Assembly (NCBI RefSeq): GCF_006345805.1
Contig: NC_042997.1
Location: 130,324,001 to 130,388,000 of the forward strand
Source of the DNA: Octopus sinensis
Taxonomy: Eukaryota
DNA length: 64,000 nt
Direction: 5' to 3'
This document shows, piece after piece, positions 50,460 to 64,000 of this stretch (position 1 is its first letter; each line of letters begins with the position of its first letter). Made by a program: the position numbers and the translations under genes. The notes beneath the pieces are model-generated. The model had not been told where the DNA came from, did not search any database, and saw only the letters and a program-made list of their open reading frames with translations.

Positions 50460-50825
50460 TTTATGCCTTTAACCCTCCAATGCGGAGTATAAGCCACTTA
50501 TAGTTGAATTCCATGTCGCATAATTTTTTGCTTCTGTACTTATACTCTTCCATGAATGTCCCCCTTCCTCTAATTCCTTTTGTGTCGATCTCCGCCACGA
50601 GTTCTTAGGCCTACCTCTCCTTCTATATCCATCCGGTTTCCACTCTAAAGCACTTTTCACTACATTTGGTGTGTCTTTTCTAATTGTGCTACCAATCCAC
50701 TTCCACTTTTTCTTAAATATTTACTCCCTAATTGAAACTTCATTTGTTCTTTGCTGTAGCTCCATATTGCTTATGTGTTCGGGCCATCTAATTTTAAGTA
50801 TACTACACAAACATCTGTTGAATGA
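50460..50825 (-). mobile_element. RTE/BovB-like LINE 3' fragment
   Basis: ALEWKPDGYRRRGRPKNSWRRSTQKEL. Confidence 0.7.
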
Positions 50826-51719
50826 AATTCAGAGAAAGGATAATCCTGAGAAGACAAATATAAGAAGCTAGAGTTATGTGACAGGATTCTTTGGGCCGAT
50901 GCCTCCTCTGAATGTCTTACCTTGCTTGATCAAATTCAGAACAAGTTGTTGATATGGTGGAGCCTGTGCTTTCTACTATGAGTCTTTGGCTCATCATGAG
51001 AATGTATCTTCATTGTGTCTTTTCTATAAGTATTTCAACAGTCATTGTTCCGATGAACTTTTTAGTCTAGAACCCTCTGTTCTAAACCGGCCATCCAATT
51101 CTCTTCCCAGGTGCATCATTTCTCTGTTGAGCTTTTTGTTGGTCACAAGTCCTTTCCTTGAACTGCTATTCTCTATAACCCACTACTATTAGCATGTTAT
51201 TCACTGGTCTATGAAATTCAGTTATTTAAGCTTTTGAATTTTGAATTTGTAGACCCCTTCTTTTTGTCCCTTATGCTACAGTAGACTTTGCCTTGTTTAA
51301 GACAAAATCATATCTATAAAAAAAAAATAACCAGACATAATTTGAAAGAATACTGATGAAATATCCTTGTCAAGAATTCAATAAAATGCAAGCACAGCAG
51401 AGAAGATATAATGATATGGGGCAAAGAAAAGAAACTGTGCACAGTAGTTGAAATCAGTTTCCCAGCAGGAGTCAACGTAATCTTAAAGATAGTGAAAAAA
51501 AAAATATCTATGTTAAGCTAATAATAAACTTGCAGTCATTCTATCTGGATTATAACTTTAGATTTCTACCAATAATTACTGGAACATTTGACTACGTGAC
51601 TAAATGCCTTAGTACCAACCTTGAGAAGCTGGGTTTCACAAAACCAAAATGAACACGCTTAATCTAAAAAAATTCTATCAAAGCTATCAAAGGTACTGTG
51701 AAAATGTGTGAAACATTCA

Positions 51720-54000
51720 GTTTGTCATAAGATCGAAATGACTGTTTACTTGAACTATCCATTACCGAGCCCAGAAGAATTGTGTTCTCAAAACTAAATG
51801 GAGGAAGCATTTTCTTGTAGACCTCTTGGAGGCCTATCTGCAGACACAAGTAGAGGAAGATTGTGCACACCTTTTAACACTCAATACTCACCATAGATTG
51901 TATAAATTCAAGTAGCTTCTTTTTGGAGTAAAAGTGGCACCAGCCATATTCCAACAAGTGATGGACACAATGTTAAATGATTGCGACTTTGCTATCGCTT
52001 ATCTTAATGATATTTTGATAAAGAGTGAGTCAATGGAGCAACACTTTGAACATATTAAAAAACTATTCAGAAAAACAAATGAATATGAGTTTAGACTAAC
52101 AGAGAAGAAGTGTTAATTTTTTATAAATGTTAAATATTTGGATCAAATAATTGACAAAAGGGGACAAAGGCCAGACCCATCAAGGCAATGGCAATATGAA
52201 ATATGCCTCCACCAGTGAATGTTAAATTGTTAAAAGCATTTTTAGGCGTGGTAAACTATTATCAAGTATATATCCCGAACATACACAACACAAGGGCTCC
52301 ACTAAATGAGCTGTTAAAAAGGGATGCCAAATGGTTTTGGTCAGAAAAATGCCAGAAGGCATTTGAGGAACTAAAAAGCATGTTAATTTCAGACTTGTCG
52401 CTTACACACTTTGATCCAAAGTTGGAAACGATACTGGCAACAAATACTAGTGAGCACAGGGTAGGTGCCATATTCCTACATAAATGTGAAGATGGCAGGC
52501 AAGGAAGCTATTGCCAGCAGAAAAAAAGTATAGCCAAATTGAAGAAGAAACATTGGTGATTATATTTGGCATAAAAATGTTCCATAGGTTTATACATAGT
52601 AAACGGTTTAGACTATAAATGGGCCATCACTCATTGCTAACAATTTATGGATCCAAGAAAGTAATCCCAGTACATACAACAAATAGGATGCAGCGATGGG
52701 GCACCATTCTATTAAACTACAACTACGCAATGGAATATTTACCTTCGAAAAAGCTAGGACATGCTGACGACCTATCCAGGGTAATACCCAGATATGGTGA
52801 ATCATTTGAGGATAGAGTAACTGCAGCCCTAAGAGCTGAAGTGGAAATTAAAAACATTATGTGAAACAGTATGACAGTTACCAATAACTCTGGAGGAGAC
52901 AAAGCGACATGCGTCAAAAGGCAAGTTCATTAATTGAAAAAATCTCTATGGTCAGCGAAAGAAAATGTAAAAAGGTTGTGTAAGGAAAAACAAGATGTAA
53001 ACCTATATTCAACATGCGATGGCATGCTGATGTATGGCGAAAAGGTAGTGATGCCTGAAATTACAAAAAAAGATGTTGAAATAATTCCATATTGGACATC
53101 CGGGGATCGCAAGGATGAAAGCACTTATGTGTATTGGCTGTAGATGGACAAGGAAGTTGAAAACGTAGTAAAAGGCTGCAGAGGATCTGCTTTGGCAGTG
53201 AAATTGCCTAGTCAAAAATGGGAGTCATGGCCAGAAGTAAAAAATCCATGGACAAGACTACACATCGATTTTGCAGGTCCATTATTTGGTTATTTACTAT
53301 TTAGTAGTAGTTGACAGTTTTACAAAATGACTGGAAATTGTTAAGTATGAAAGACTAACTGCCACAATGGTAATAAATCTTTTGTACAAATTATTCACAA
53401 GATTTGACATCCCAGACATGATTGTATCTGATAACAGGACACAACTTGTGTCCAGTTATTTCAGAAAATTCTGCGAAATGTTCATGGTAGAACATAAAAT
53501 GATGGTACCTTATCATCCCAGATCAAATGGTCAGGTAGAGCATTTTGCGGACACCTTTAAAAGAGCTTTCAGAAAAGCAAAGAAGGAAGATACAGATGAA
53601 ATTGCTCTGCAGCAATTCCTAAGGGTATACAGGGTGACACTGAACCCCAATACAGCAGCAGGAAGCTCACCAGCTGAACTATTTGTGAGGAAGGTGAAAT
53701 CAGTTTTTGATAAACTGTTACCTGGCGAGGAAAGAAAAAGTACCAGGAATTTTTCAAAACTGGTGATAACGTATACATTAGGCCATATAAAATGGCAAAC
53801 AAGACTGGGAAGAATTAAAAGCAGAAAATGTATTGAAAAAAGATGCAGAAACTAATTGAAGAAGAGATTCCTAAAAAATGAACCAGAAAAATTGGAAGAA
53901 ACGAAAGAATGGCTGTGTGACACATTCCAGGTACCAACACACGTACAAGTGGAAGAAAAAGGAAGAACACTGAGTTCCTACAAATAGATGTCAAGAAGGA
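51720..54000 (+). pseudogene. Decayed Ty3/Gypsy pol (RT, RNase H, integrase)
   Basis: APAIFQQVMD..AYLNDILI, FLGVVNYY, PWTRLHIDFAGP, IVSDNRTQL and PYHPRSNGQVE; many stops and frameshifts. Confidence 0.85.
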
Positions 54001-54999
54001 AAAAAAATTAAGTTGGGGGAAAACGCTAAAAGAGAGGAGCGATGAATAAAATAAAAGAAAATTACTTGCTTTCCAAAGAAAACTAAAACTAAAAGGATAG
54101 ATGTAGTGAAAATGGTACACTCCTTCCCATGTGAGAAAGTGGTATGATACAGCCACTACGAAGATAGCCAGTCAGTTGTTGTAGGAGGTCAGTAGTAGTA
54201 AAGTCGTTGTATGAGTTCTCAGTTGGAGTCAGTGCTAGTTATGTGATATATACGAGTTCGAGTTGCCATCAAGATAGACGTTACAAAAGTCGCTGTCTTA
54301 TGGAGCTATCAGCAATAACATGCTTGACGAGTCAAAGATAATAAGACACGGAATACTGCCACAACATAATAGCGGCAACAAGAATATTACAGTGCCAACA
54401 ACAACACATAAGTGGACAAGGATCCACTTTATAGCACATTCACAGAAAAAAGACTAAATATATGAAGTGTCTGAATTTTATTAGACAGAATTACAGATGA
54501 CAGTAACTTTGAAGTCTTGCTGGCAATGGCTTGTCAGACACTGTCTGACAGGTTATTGTTGGTGTAACTTTGCCTGACGCTACAATCATTTTGTAGTTTT
54601 GGCAAACAACTTATAACTATCTATATATCTGTCTGTCTGTCTTATACTAAAACTCAAAGTGTGTCTGTTTTCCTGCCATTTGATTAAGATGATTAAGTTT
54701 ATAAATAAGATAGTCATTTTCCCTTTTAAGAAGAAGAAAAAAAATGGAATTGAAAATGTTGACACTTCAAAGAGTCCTTGGTAGCTACTGCTGTCTGTCC
54801 GTTTTCTTTACTTTCTTTTTTTCTTCCCTTAGTCATTAATATTTTCAAGTCCCGTAGACTGAAAGAAAGTAATTCTCCCTATATTTTTATGAGATATTTT
54901 TTGAATCACAGTACTTGATTTTTTTCTTAAAGGAAAAAAATTACAATTTTAGACAGACTATCTCTTTATAAACGAAGATGAGCTGCAATGCTGCTATAG

Positions 55000-56700
55000 A
55001 GAGATTCACAAAGACATGAACAACAATTCTTACCATTACAACTGAGAACAGAATAATTGTTTCTCATAGTACAGACATTACAAAGGGAATATTCCAGGGA
55101 AATAACCTTTCTGTACTTCTTTTCATTTTGGCACTGAATCCATTATCATTCCTACTGCAGAAAACAAATGGTTACATGCTTGGATCTTCAACAGCAAGAA
55201 ATATCAATGTAACTCATAATCTCTTTGTAAATGACTTGAAGATTTATGCTAAAAGTGTTAACAATGCCAAAAAACAACTGAAATTAATAACAATATTTTC
55301 AGCTGATATAGGCATGGAATTTGGCCAAAAGAAATGTTCATATTTGGTTATAGAACAAGGAAAGTCAGTCCCCCAGACCCAAAACCTGTGCATCAAAGGT
55401 CTTTCTATCTCTCCCATTCCACACAAAGAATTTTACAAGTACCTAGGCATAGATGAAAATGTATCATATGAAGGTAGTGTGAATAAAGATAGAGAGACCC
55501 GAGAATATTACACCAGACTTAGGAAAATATGGCAGTCGGAACTCTCCTTTTACAACAAAACAATATCCCACAATGCATTTGCAATACTAGAACTGATCTC
55601 AACATTTGGGATACTTGAATGGTCTGTAGAGGAAAGCCACTCCATAGATTTCAAAACACGCAAATCCTGACAACAACTGGGAACTTTCACAGAAACAGTT
55701 GACAGGCTCTACATAAGAAGAAATGAAGGTAGTAGAGGCCTGATATCAGTGCAGACGGCCTTCAAATGCCATATGTTATCACTCAGCCGAAAAGTGAAGT
55801 GAGCAACATTGTACGAGTTGGCAGTGAGCTCCTCTAGAAGCACTCTCTTCCAGAGAGCCCAAAACAGCTGAGCTCTCTTACCTCAGAGAAGGCCTGGATG
55901 GAAGCACCCAGCATACAAAAAGAAAACCTATGCATGGGTATGTTGCCCAGAAACTTGAAGAAGTCAGCAGAATTGACATGAAGCACAGCCTCTCTTGGTT
56001 ACAAGACTACTACATCACATCACACTTTGAAGGTTATGCATTTGCAATCCAGGAACAGGAGATTTCCACAAAGTACCTGGTAAACAAAAGAGACAGTAAT
56101 GCTCTTGTAACCCCAAGGTGCAACTGCATGTGTAGGCTGTGTCATGTTTCTGTGGAAGACATCATTCATGTGATTAGCAGCTGTCCTAAAATGTCGTCAC
56201 GGTACTACCTCCCTATGCGGCACGATGTTGTTACTAAATTAATTGACAATGCCATCTGCAAAAAAAGACTGTCTCGAAATAAACTTAGAAAATCGCTCTG
56301 TTATGGAATACATTCATAAACACCAACTCAAGGAATATTGGTGGAATATTACCACCAAAACTTCTGTCAAATGTAAGCATAACAGGTTGGATATTGTTGT
56401 TTGGAACATAGGGGCAAAGGTATGTACCATCTTAGAGGTTAGCTGTCCTGTGGATATAAATATTTCTTTGAAAATCAAAGTAAAAGAGGATATCTCTGGA
56501 CAGCTGCTTTGAAACCTCTAGCTTCTATATCCAGACTACAAATTCATATTCATACCAATAATAATTGGGGCATTAGGTTTTGTTAGTAATTTTCATCAGG
56601 AGAAATTGACCAGTTAATTCGTACATTACAAGTGCAATCTGTGAGTGGAACAGTAAAAATATGCAAGACTTTTCTCAAATTCCAAATATGAATTTGTCTG
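55000..56700 (+). pseudogene. Decayed R4/Dong-like (restriction-like endonuclease) non-LTR retrotransposon; related C-terminal fragment at about 51330-51730
   Basis: GIFQG..LALNPLS, HNLFVNDLKIY, YKYLGI, CRLC..EDIIHVISSC (CCHC), RHD and RLDIVVW..ILEVSCP (PD-(D/E)xK-like). Confidence 0.8.
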
Positions 56701-56751
56701 TGTTAACTACATCAGAGAGACGGAGCCTTGTATCTTTAAAAATAATTTTAA

Positions 56752-56971
56752 CCCTTTAGCGTTCAGATTACTCTGTCAAATATAATGCTTTTTCATTCAC
56801 ATTGTTTTGAATTAATCCAGCATTATCTTGTAGCTCTGAGAACTTGATGAAGTGAATGTTTATTTTGAGGATGTCATTGTAGGATATGAGTGAGAAGCCA
56901 GATCTAGATGGTTTGAACATAAAAGAAGTAGAAAATTTGGGCCGGATACGGCCAGTTTAAATGCTAAAGGG
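56752..56971. mobile_element. piggyBac-type MITE family 2; diverged copies at about 62-279, 12055-12280, 30568-30776 and 60520-60746
   Basis: TTAA-CCCTTTAGC...GCTAAAGGG-TTAA, 220 bp; the internal sequence is shared with the other copies. Confidence 0.85.
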
Positions 56972-57206
56972 TTAAAAATAGAAGAGACAATATACATACA
57001 TGCATGCATACAGCTGTTTCTATACATACAAGCATAAAAACACGTACATATATACATTCACACATACAAATGTATATACACACATACATACATATACACT
57101 CATGTACACACTTACACACACACACACGTGTAAATATACACACATGATTTGCAGTATTCACCACATATCTGTATTTCCATATCTGTTGGATGTTTGTCAA
57201 CAGAAG

Positions 57207-57284
<78 letters not shown>

Positions 57285-57392
57285 AGAGAGAAAGAGAAAG
57301 AGTGAGAGAGGCCCACAGTTGTCAAATCTATCTCATAGAACAACTTAGTCCTCCCCTCCCTCTACTGTTGTTTTAAAGATTGAGAGAGAGAG

Positions 57393-57439
<47 letters not shown>

Positions 57440-58363
57440 TGACAGAATTATCTCACAGAAGGAATCATCCCTTCTCTCCATCTGTTGTTTTAGGGAACTG
57501 CTTTTATTGTTGTTACTTAAAATGATTCCCCTTATTGTAGTCAGTCAGGGACAGTCTGGGACTGTCTGAGACTTGTTGAAGCTGGCTACCACAGTAGCCC
57601 ATTGTTCTCTCAAAGTATAATGTAGATAAGTAATTGCAAACAGTTTGTAGAAAATTCTAAAGCAACCCTTTGCCGGCTGTAGAATACTCCGGACCTTGAG
57701 ATTCAGATTCAATCCCCAGTTATTACTATAGCAGTTCTTTGACATTCTAACGTACTTGGAACGTAGTATGTATTTCACATAACCTATTTTTTTTTTTACC
57801 ATTCCAAATAGACAACATAGTTTTGTGTCAGATATATAATTGTTTGAAACTAAACAATGAAGAATTAATAAGAAAAATACAAAAAAATTATTTATAAAGT
57901 TTAAACTTGGAATGCAATGGTGCCTTTAACATTCATATTGAATGTGATTTAAAGAAAAACATTTCCCACACATACGCACCCACTTCCATCGCACCAGCGC
58001 CTGCATGTATATCAATGTGCACACACACACACACACACACACCACATATACCCTGCCCACACATAAGCAAATTTGGATGCCCACTTCCAGAAAACCCCAT
58101 TTAAATACTCATAGTAGAATATATTCATTTAATAGACTATATGTGTGAGTACGTATACATGTATGTATATATATATATGTGCATGTGTATATATATATAT
58201 ATATGAATACACACACATATATATGTATATATATATATATTATATATATATATATATGAATACATATATATGAATACATACACATATATATGTATGTATG
58301 TATATATATATATATATACATTTATATGTATGTGTATATGTATGTGTATATATATATATATAT

Positions 58364-58756
58364 AAGTTCAGCAAAAATTTAGATTCAAATGAATATGGTA
58401 CTTAATTTAGATGCACCAGAATTTTGTATGGTGTTATCCATAAAAATAAGCAACAAGAATGACTCCGGTAATTTGGTACGATCGTTTTGTACTACATCAT
58501 TTTATTAAATGTTGTAAGTATTACAACAGATTTAAGATGCTGAGTACTCATCAGCCAATTATAGATTTATTAAATGTTGTAAGTATTATAACAGATTTAA
58601 GATGCTGAGTACTCATCAGCCAATTATAGATATATAATTGGCTGATGAGTACTCAGCATCTTAAATCTGTTGTAATACTTACAACATTTAATAAAATTAT
58701 GTAGTACAAAACGATCGTACCAAATTACCGGAGTCACTCTTGTTGCTTATTTTGAG
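58364..58756. mobile_element. Penelope-like terminal-repeat element with a long inverted duplication and hammerhead-like motifs
   Basis: ~120-bp inverted arms (58443-58565 and 58631-58753) plus a ~65-bp tandem duplication; CTGATGA-GTACT...AGTAC-AAAA-CGATCG-TA on both strands; flanked by (TA)n. Confidence 0.7.
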
Positions 58757-58798
58757 TATATATGAATATATATATATATATGAATACACACACATATA

Positions 58799-58871
<73 letters not shown>

Positions 58872-59193
58872 TGCAGGAGTGGCTGTGTGGTAAGTAGCTT
58901 ACCAACCACATGGTTCCGAATTCAGTCCCACTGCGTAACACCTTGGGCAAGTGTTTTCTACTATAGCCTTGGGCCGACCAAAGCCTTATGAATGGATTTG
59001 GTAGATGGAAACTGAAGAAGCCCATTGTATATATGTATATATAATATGATAAATATAAGAGAGTGGTCACTATATTGCTCACTCTAGCACCAGTTAATCC
59101 AAAAGGTTTCAACCACGAAAATACATGTTTCCCATGAAAGCCAGTACGACTGTTAGCTCACACGGACAGGGCAAATAAAAAATAACAAAAATA

Positions 59194-59288
59194 CAGATTA
59201 TTTTGGGACAATTGTTTCGCTATTAATGAATTAAATGTAATATTACTTACAAAAAATCCATTTGTAGCTCGTCAGCCAAGACTATCTG
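59194..59288 (-). ncRNA. Type I hammerhead ribozyme motif
   Basis: Minus strand: stem I CAGAUAGUCUUGG/CCAAAAUAAUCUG, core CUGACGA, stem II GCUA/UAGC, GAAA, short palindromic stem III (ACAAUUGU) and a GUC cleavage triplet. Confidence 0.8.
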
Positions 59289-59900
59289 GATGAAATCCAC
59301 TCAATCACATGCCAGATTTTACCATAACGATAAATACGCGTGTGGTTCAATTGATTACATCCGACGTTATAATTCAAATGCCCCAACTAACAGCGCGCCA
59401 AACTTTCACGGAAAACAAATACAGCATTTAGAAATAAATGCAGCATAATTATAATTAATTAATAAGGGTGAGAGAATTAGATACTAATTTAATAGTATAT
59501 TTATTCAACACCAAGTGGCCTAGTGCTACGAGAAACCTGGATTATTATAATATTTTATAACATATTATAATATTTTTACAAAATAAATATAAGAGAGTGG
59601 TCACTATATTGCTCACTCTTAATTGATAAACGAGTACATTATATCATTATAAAAAACCATTTTCTTCAGAGGAATACATGAACCATACAATTATGGACAT
59701 TTAAGAAACATTTAAAATCCACAGCATGTGGACACATGTGGGAAGTGGGTATTTAAGATTTATAGTCTTGAAGGGGGTTAGTTGATATATATATATCAAT
59801 ACATATGCATATATATGTATGTATATACATAGATGTGCTTGTATATATATATATTCTTTTACTTTTTTTTTACTTATTTCAATCATTTGACTGTGGTCAT

Positions 59901-59976
<76 letters not shown>

Positions 59977-60255
59977 GATGTGTCGCCCGTCTTTGGCCAA
60001 AGCATTTATCAAATTCAGTGCTATGCATGGTTGGCTGTAGGAAGGTTAATCCATCTATAGAAACTATTCCAAAGCAAACAGCTGGGTTTGGTGCAGTCAT
60101 GTGACTCACCAGTTCCTGTTGAACCGTCCAATTTATGTCACCATATAAAACGGATGTTGAATGATGATGATGATGATGTATGGCATAAAATTCTAGAACC
60201 TTGAGTAACTTCCATAATATTTTTAGTTAATAAAAAACATTCTATATATAATTAT

Positions 60256-60288
<33 letters not shown>

Positions 60289-60876
60289 GTCATCAACGTC
60301 ATCATCGTCATCATTTAATGTCTGCTTTCCTTGCTGGCATGTGTCGGACGGTTTGACTGAAAACTGGTAAGCCAGGGGTGAGGTGGGGTGGGAGCTGCAC
60401 CAGATTCTGGTCTGATTTAACAAGGTTTCTACAGCTGGATACCCTTCCTAACACCTACCACTCCGAGAGTGTAGTGGGCATTTTTTATATATGCTATATG
60501 TTCATTCATTCATTATCATTGTCCATTAACATTTAAACTGGTCATATTTGGCCCAAATATTCTACAAATTTTATGTTCAAACTACCCATATCTGGCCTCT
60601 CACACCTATCCTACAATGTTGTTCTAAATATAAACAATCACATCATCAAAATCTCAAAGTCATGAGTTAATGTAGGAATAATCTAAAATGATGTGAACAA
60701 ATAAGCATTATGTTTGACAGAGAAATCTGGATAGTAAAAGGTTAAGGCTTGAAAATCAAGCCAAAATTTAACATATAACCTCATGATGGTCTGTAAGCCT
60801 GCACTCACATGTTTAGTGAGTACTTCATAAAATGTATATACATGTACATACATACATGTATACATGGCTATACATG

Positions 60877-60913
<37 letters not shown>

Positions 60914-60923
60914 TATATATATG

Positions 60924-61006
<83 letters not shown>

Positions 61007-61377
61007 TGGAAGTTGACATGTGACTGAGTATGATCACTTCCTAGACCCATTTCACTCTCAGAATCACCACAAGTTTTGTGTCCCTATTGCTGATGACATC
61101 TCATATGAGTTTTAACGCTTGCAAGGGACAAATTTTTCCCCACTGATCACTCACATATACACACATATATGTATATATATATGTCTGTATGTGTGTATGT
61201 TCTTCCTTTGGCTTCCATCTACCAAATCCACTCACAAGGCTTTCATTAGCCTGGGGTTATAGCCATAGTAAGGCACATGCTCATGGTGCCACACAGTGGG
61301 ACTGAACCTGAAACCACACATACACCTACATCTGTGGCTAATAGCTTCACTTACACTAAGACAACTGCACTCATGTC

Positions 61378-63771
61378 CAGTGGCAGATCTACAATATTGG
61401 GGCAGTGAAGCTTAAAATGTTATGAGGGCCCCCTTTACAACAGCAACAGTAGGATAACATCCAACAAGGGTCAAACAAAAAATTTTTGTGCCCTTGCAAG
61501 GAACTCCAGCTTGAGGCCCTGATAGCCCAAATGGTGGAGTTATGATGTGGGGGTCCTTAAAAATGAGCATGAAAGTGAGCCCGCTTTCCACTAGAAACGA
61601 GGTGTGGATAATCACCAATTTCCTTGTTGATGTGGTTGTTCCATGGTAGATCACTACAAATATTTTCCAGGCTATGCCTTATACTTTTAGAGTTATGGGG
61701 GTTGAAAATCAGTGAAGCGTTATATACATGCATGATGCATCATTATGATACATATGAAGATTACAAAATACTCTTTTTTCTGTTTTTTTGTAGCAACAGT
61801 TTTGTCATATGACAGCTTCCTTGCAATGTCATTTTCTAGAGACAATATTCAATTTAAATGCTTTTCAGTCATGGTAGACCGAAATTTATTCTTAACAAAG
61901 GAAAGATGTGAGGAATTCCTTTCTTCTTCACGGCTTGTGATGGCCATTGTCAAGTACAGCTTATGTGCAGTGGTAATATTAGGGGACACTTCAATTAATT
62001 GTTGCTCATAAATAAACTGAAGAACTTCTATGCATTGTATTTTAGCTGGTGTGTTTTCTTCTGTGTTCTGGTATTTCCTAATGTGTAAATACTCTTTGAA
62101 CTGATAACACCCGTTTATTAATTTGTGGTCAATATCGTCTTAGTAATACAATATTATAAGTTTGATACTGTTCTCATCAAATTCTGAATTGTTCATCAGT
62201 TCTGAGAGAAACTTGAACCTTTTCACAATCTGCTCATATAGATCCATCCTCTTGCTTAACTGGATTATCAAGCAATCATAGACTTGTTTTAGAACTCCTA
62301 AATTTTTCAGCCCCTTTCAAAAAAGCCCAATCACTTGTTCCATCTGCAAATTCCTTTGTAACAATGTGTTTGGAAACATCAGAATAATTTGAGGTGATAT
62401 TTTCACATAAACCTTTTGCTACTGATTCATAGTGTGCAATCCTGTTGACTGAATTTTCTCGTAATTCTTTTACAAATGAAAGCAAAGATGCTATCAGAAG
62501 ATAACCTTCAAATACATCAGAACCAGGGGTTTGGAGTTTCTTGTTTTGTTAAAACGCTCCATAACTTCTTGCCAAACGACTGTTAAAACAGTATATTCCA
62601 ATTTTATCAACTTGCAGTATAAATTCTTTGCATCTCAATTAAATTCAGGCTTCTCTTCTGAGTCTTCAAACATATGTTTGAGAGTTTGTAAAATATCCCT
62701 ATATCCATTTTTAATTGTCCAAACTGCTTCATAGTGTGCAGACCATCTAGTTATACTTAAGCTCTTTAGAGAAAAGGTTAGATTGCCCTGCTTGTTCAAA
62801 ATCTCCCATCTGCAAAGGAGATTCAGAAAAGAAAACACAACTGCTGCAAGATGCCAAAATAGTCAACAACTTCAGGTACAGTAGACACTGCCTTTTACCA
62901 AACAAGGTTGAGTGAATGGCTTGTACATGGTACATAGTCTGAATACCTGTTAATGTTTTTAAGAAGTGCTTGCAGCCTTTTCTCTGAGCCTTGATGCTGT
63001 AGTGCTGGTGGCATGTAAAAAGCACTATCCAAATGTGATCGATGCCAGGCCTGCCTGACTGGCTCCTGTGTGGGTGGCATGTAAAAAGCACCCACTACAC
63101 TCTCAGAGTGGTTGGCATTAGGAAGGGCATCAAGCTGTAGAAACATTGCCAGATCAGATTGGAGCCTGGTACAGCCATCTGGTTTGCCAGTCCTCAGTCA
63201 AATCGTCCAACCCATGCCAGCATGGAAAGCAGACGTTAAACGATGATGATGATGATGATGATGATGAAGAATTGTTCATTTTGTACAAGGTGATATTCAA
63301 ACAATTTTCAAAGTAGAAAAAATGCTTTGTTACTGAACAGATTGTAAATCCAAAATTAGGAGGCAAACCCTTTCATTGGTCATTACATAATGTAGTGAAA
63401 ATAAGAATTCTTATCTCTACCATGCTGATGTAGTAGTAGATATATTTGATGATGGAGGGGCAGAGCTGAAGCTTCCAAAGTAATTCAAGTAAAGCGAATT
63501 ATCTGCGAGTCGTTTGTACTTTTAATTTTTATGCTACTCCACATTGGCAGAAACAGTAGGTGAACAACTCATGGCTAGGCACTGCGTGTTTAGACTCTGA
63601 GTAGGAGTATGATATGATGTCCACTCTGACTGGTAACAACAATCTGCATGGCAAAATACAAAAACAAAAAAATTGATAGAATGAAAAAATTAAGTTGCTT
63701 CAGAAGGGCCCCTCCAGGATTAGGGGCCTTGAAGCTTAAGCTTCATTAGTTTTATGGTAGACCCATCACTG
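61378..63771 (-). mobile_element. Decayed hAT DNA transposon (ZMYM1/Ac-like transposase) with TIRs and TSD, interrupted by an RTE tail at about 62995-63268
   Basis: TIRs CAGTGGCAGATCTAC / GTAGACCCATCACTG; 8-bp TSD CTCATGTC/ATCATGTC (7 of 8 match); motifs YVPCTSHSLNL and LKSLSITRWSAHYEAV, plus a dimerisation-like LYLTMAITS..ERNSS.L..VKNKFRSTM. Confidence 0.85.
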
Positions 63772-64000
63772 ATCATGTCACTGGAAAATAAGCCAAACCA
63801 AACCAAATGAAATCAAAAATACAGCGAATTTCTATTAGGAATGGAACCAGTGTAATATTGTACTAGTGAGTGATAATCCAATGGAAAAATATTTTCTTTG
63901 GTTTGATCAGAGGAAATTGGTTATAGTAAAGGGTTGTTGCTGTTGTTTAGCTCTGTGTTAGCTCTGAGTGAGTAAAGTCAAGAATGAAATATATTCCAGT

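Noticed and set aside
54100-54350. Possible 3' LTR of the decayed Gypsy element
   Set aside because: There is a TG start after a purine-rich run, but no second copy in the window to confirm it.

Overview
AT-rich, microsatellite- and transposon-dense animal genomic DNA; the repeat families and gene structure suggest a cephalopod (Octopus-like), which is an inference. One host gene is present: the 3' part of RNF31/HOIP, the linear-ubiquitin RBR E3 ligase. It has 12 coding exons on the + strand from 4868 to 28754, about 577 aa (UBA-like, RING1, IBR, RING2, LDD), and all GT-AG phases are consistent. Its introns and the downstream ~35 kb are filled with mobile DNA. A two-LTR Ty3/Gypsy-type element (874-4798) has open gag and pol ORFs and a -1 frameshift signal, but its reverse-transcriptase core is missing in frame. 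Also present are a 5'-truncated RTE LINE with many 3'-UTR fragments, several tRNA-derived SINE families, piggyBac-type (TTAA) and hAT MITEs, a non-autonomous Helitron, and decayed hAT, Tc1/mariner, Gypsy and R4/Dong-type relics. Penelope/retrozyme-like inserts carry hammerhead ribozyme motifs, one apparently intact at 59194-59288 (-). The most notable items are the RT-less LTR element 69 bp upstream of a HOIP exon and the hammerhead-bearing direct-repeat and palindromic elements at 58.4-59.6 kb.
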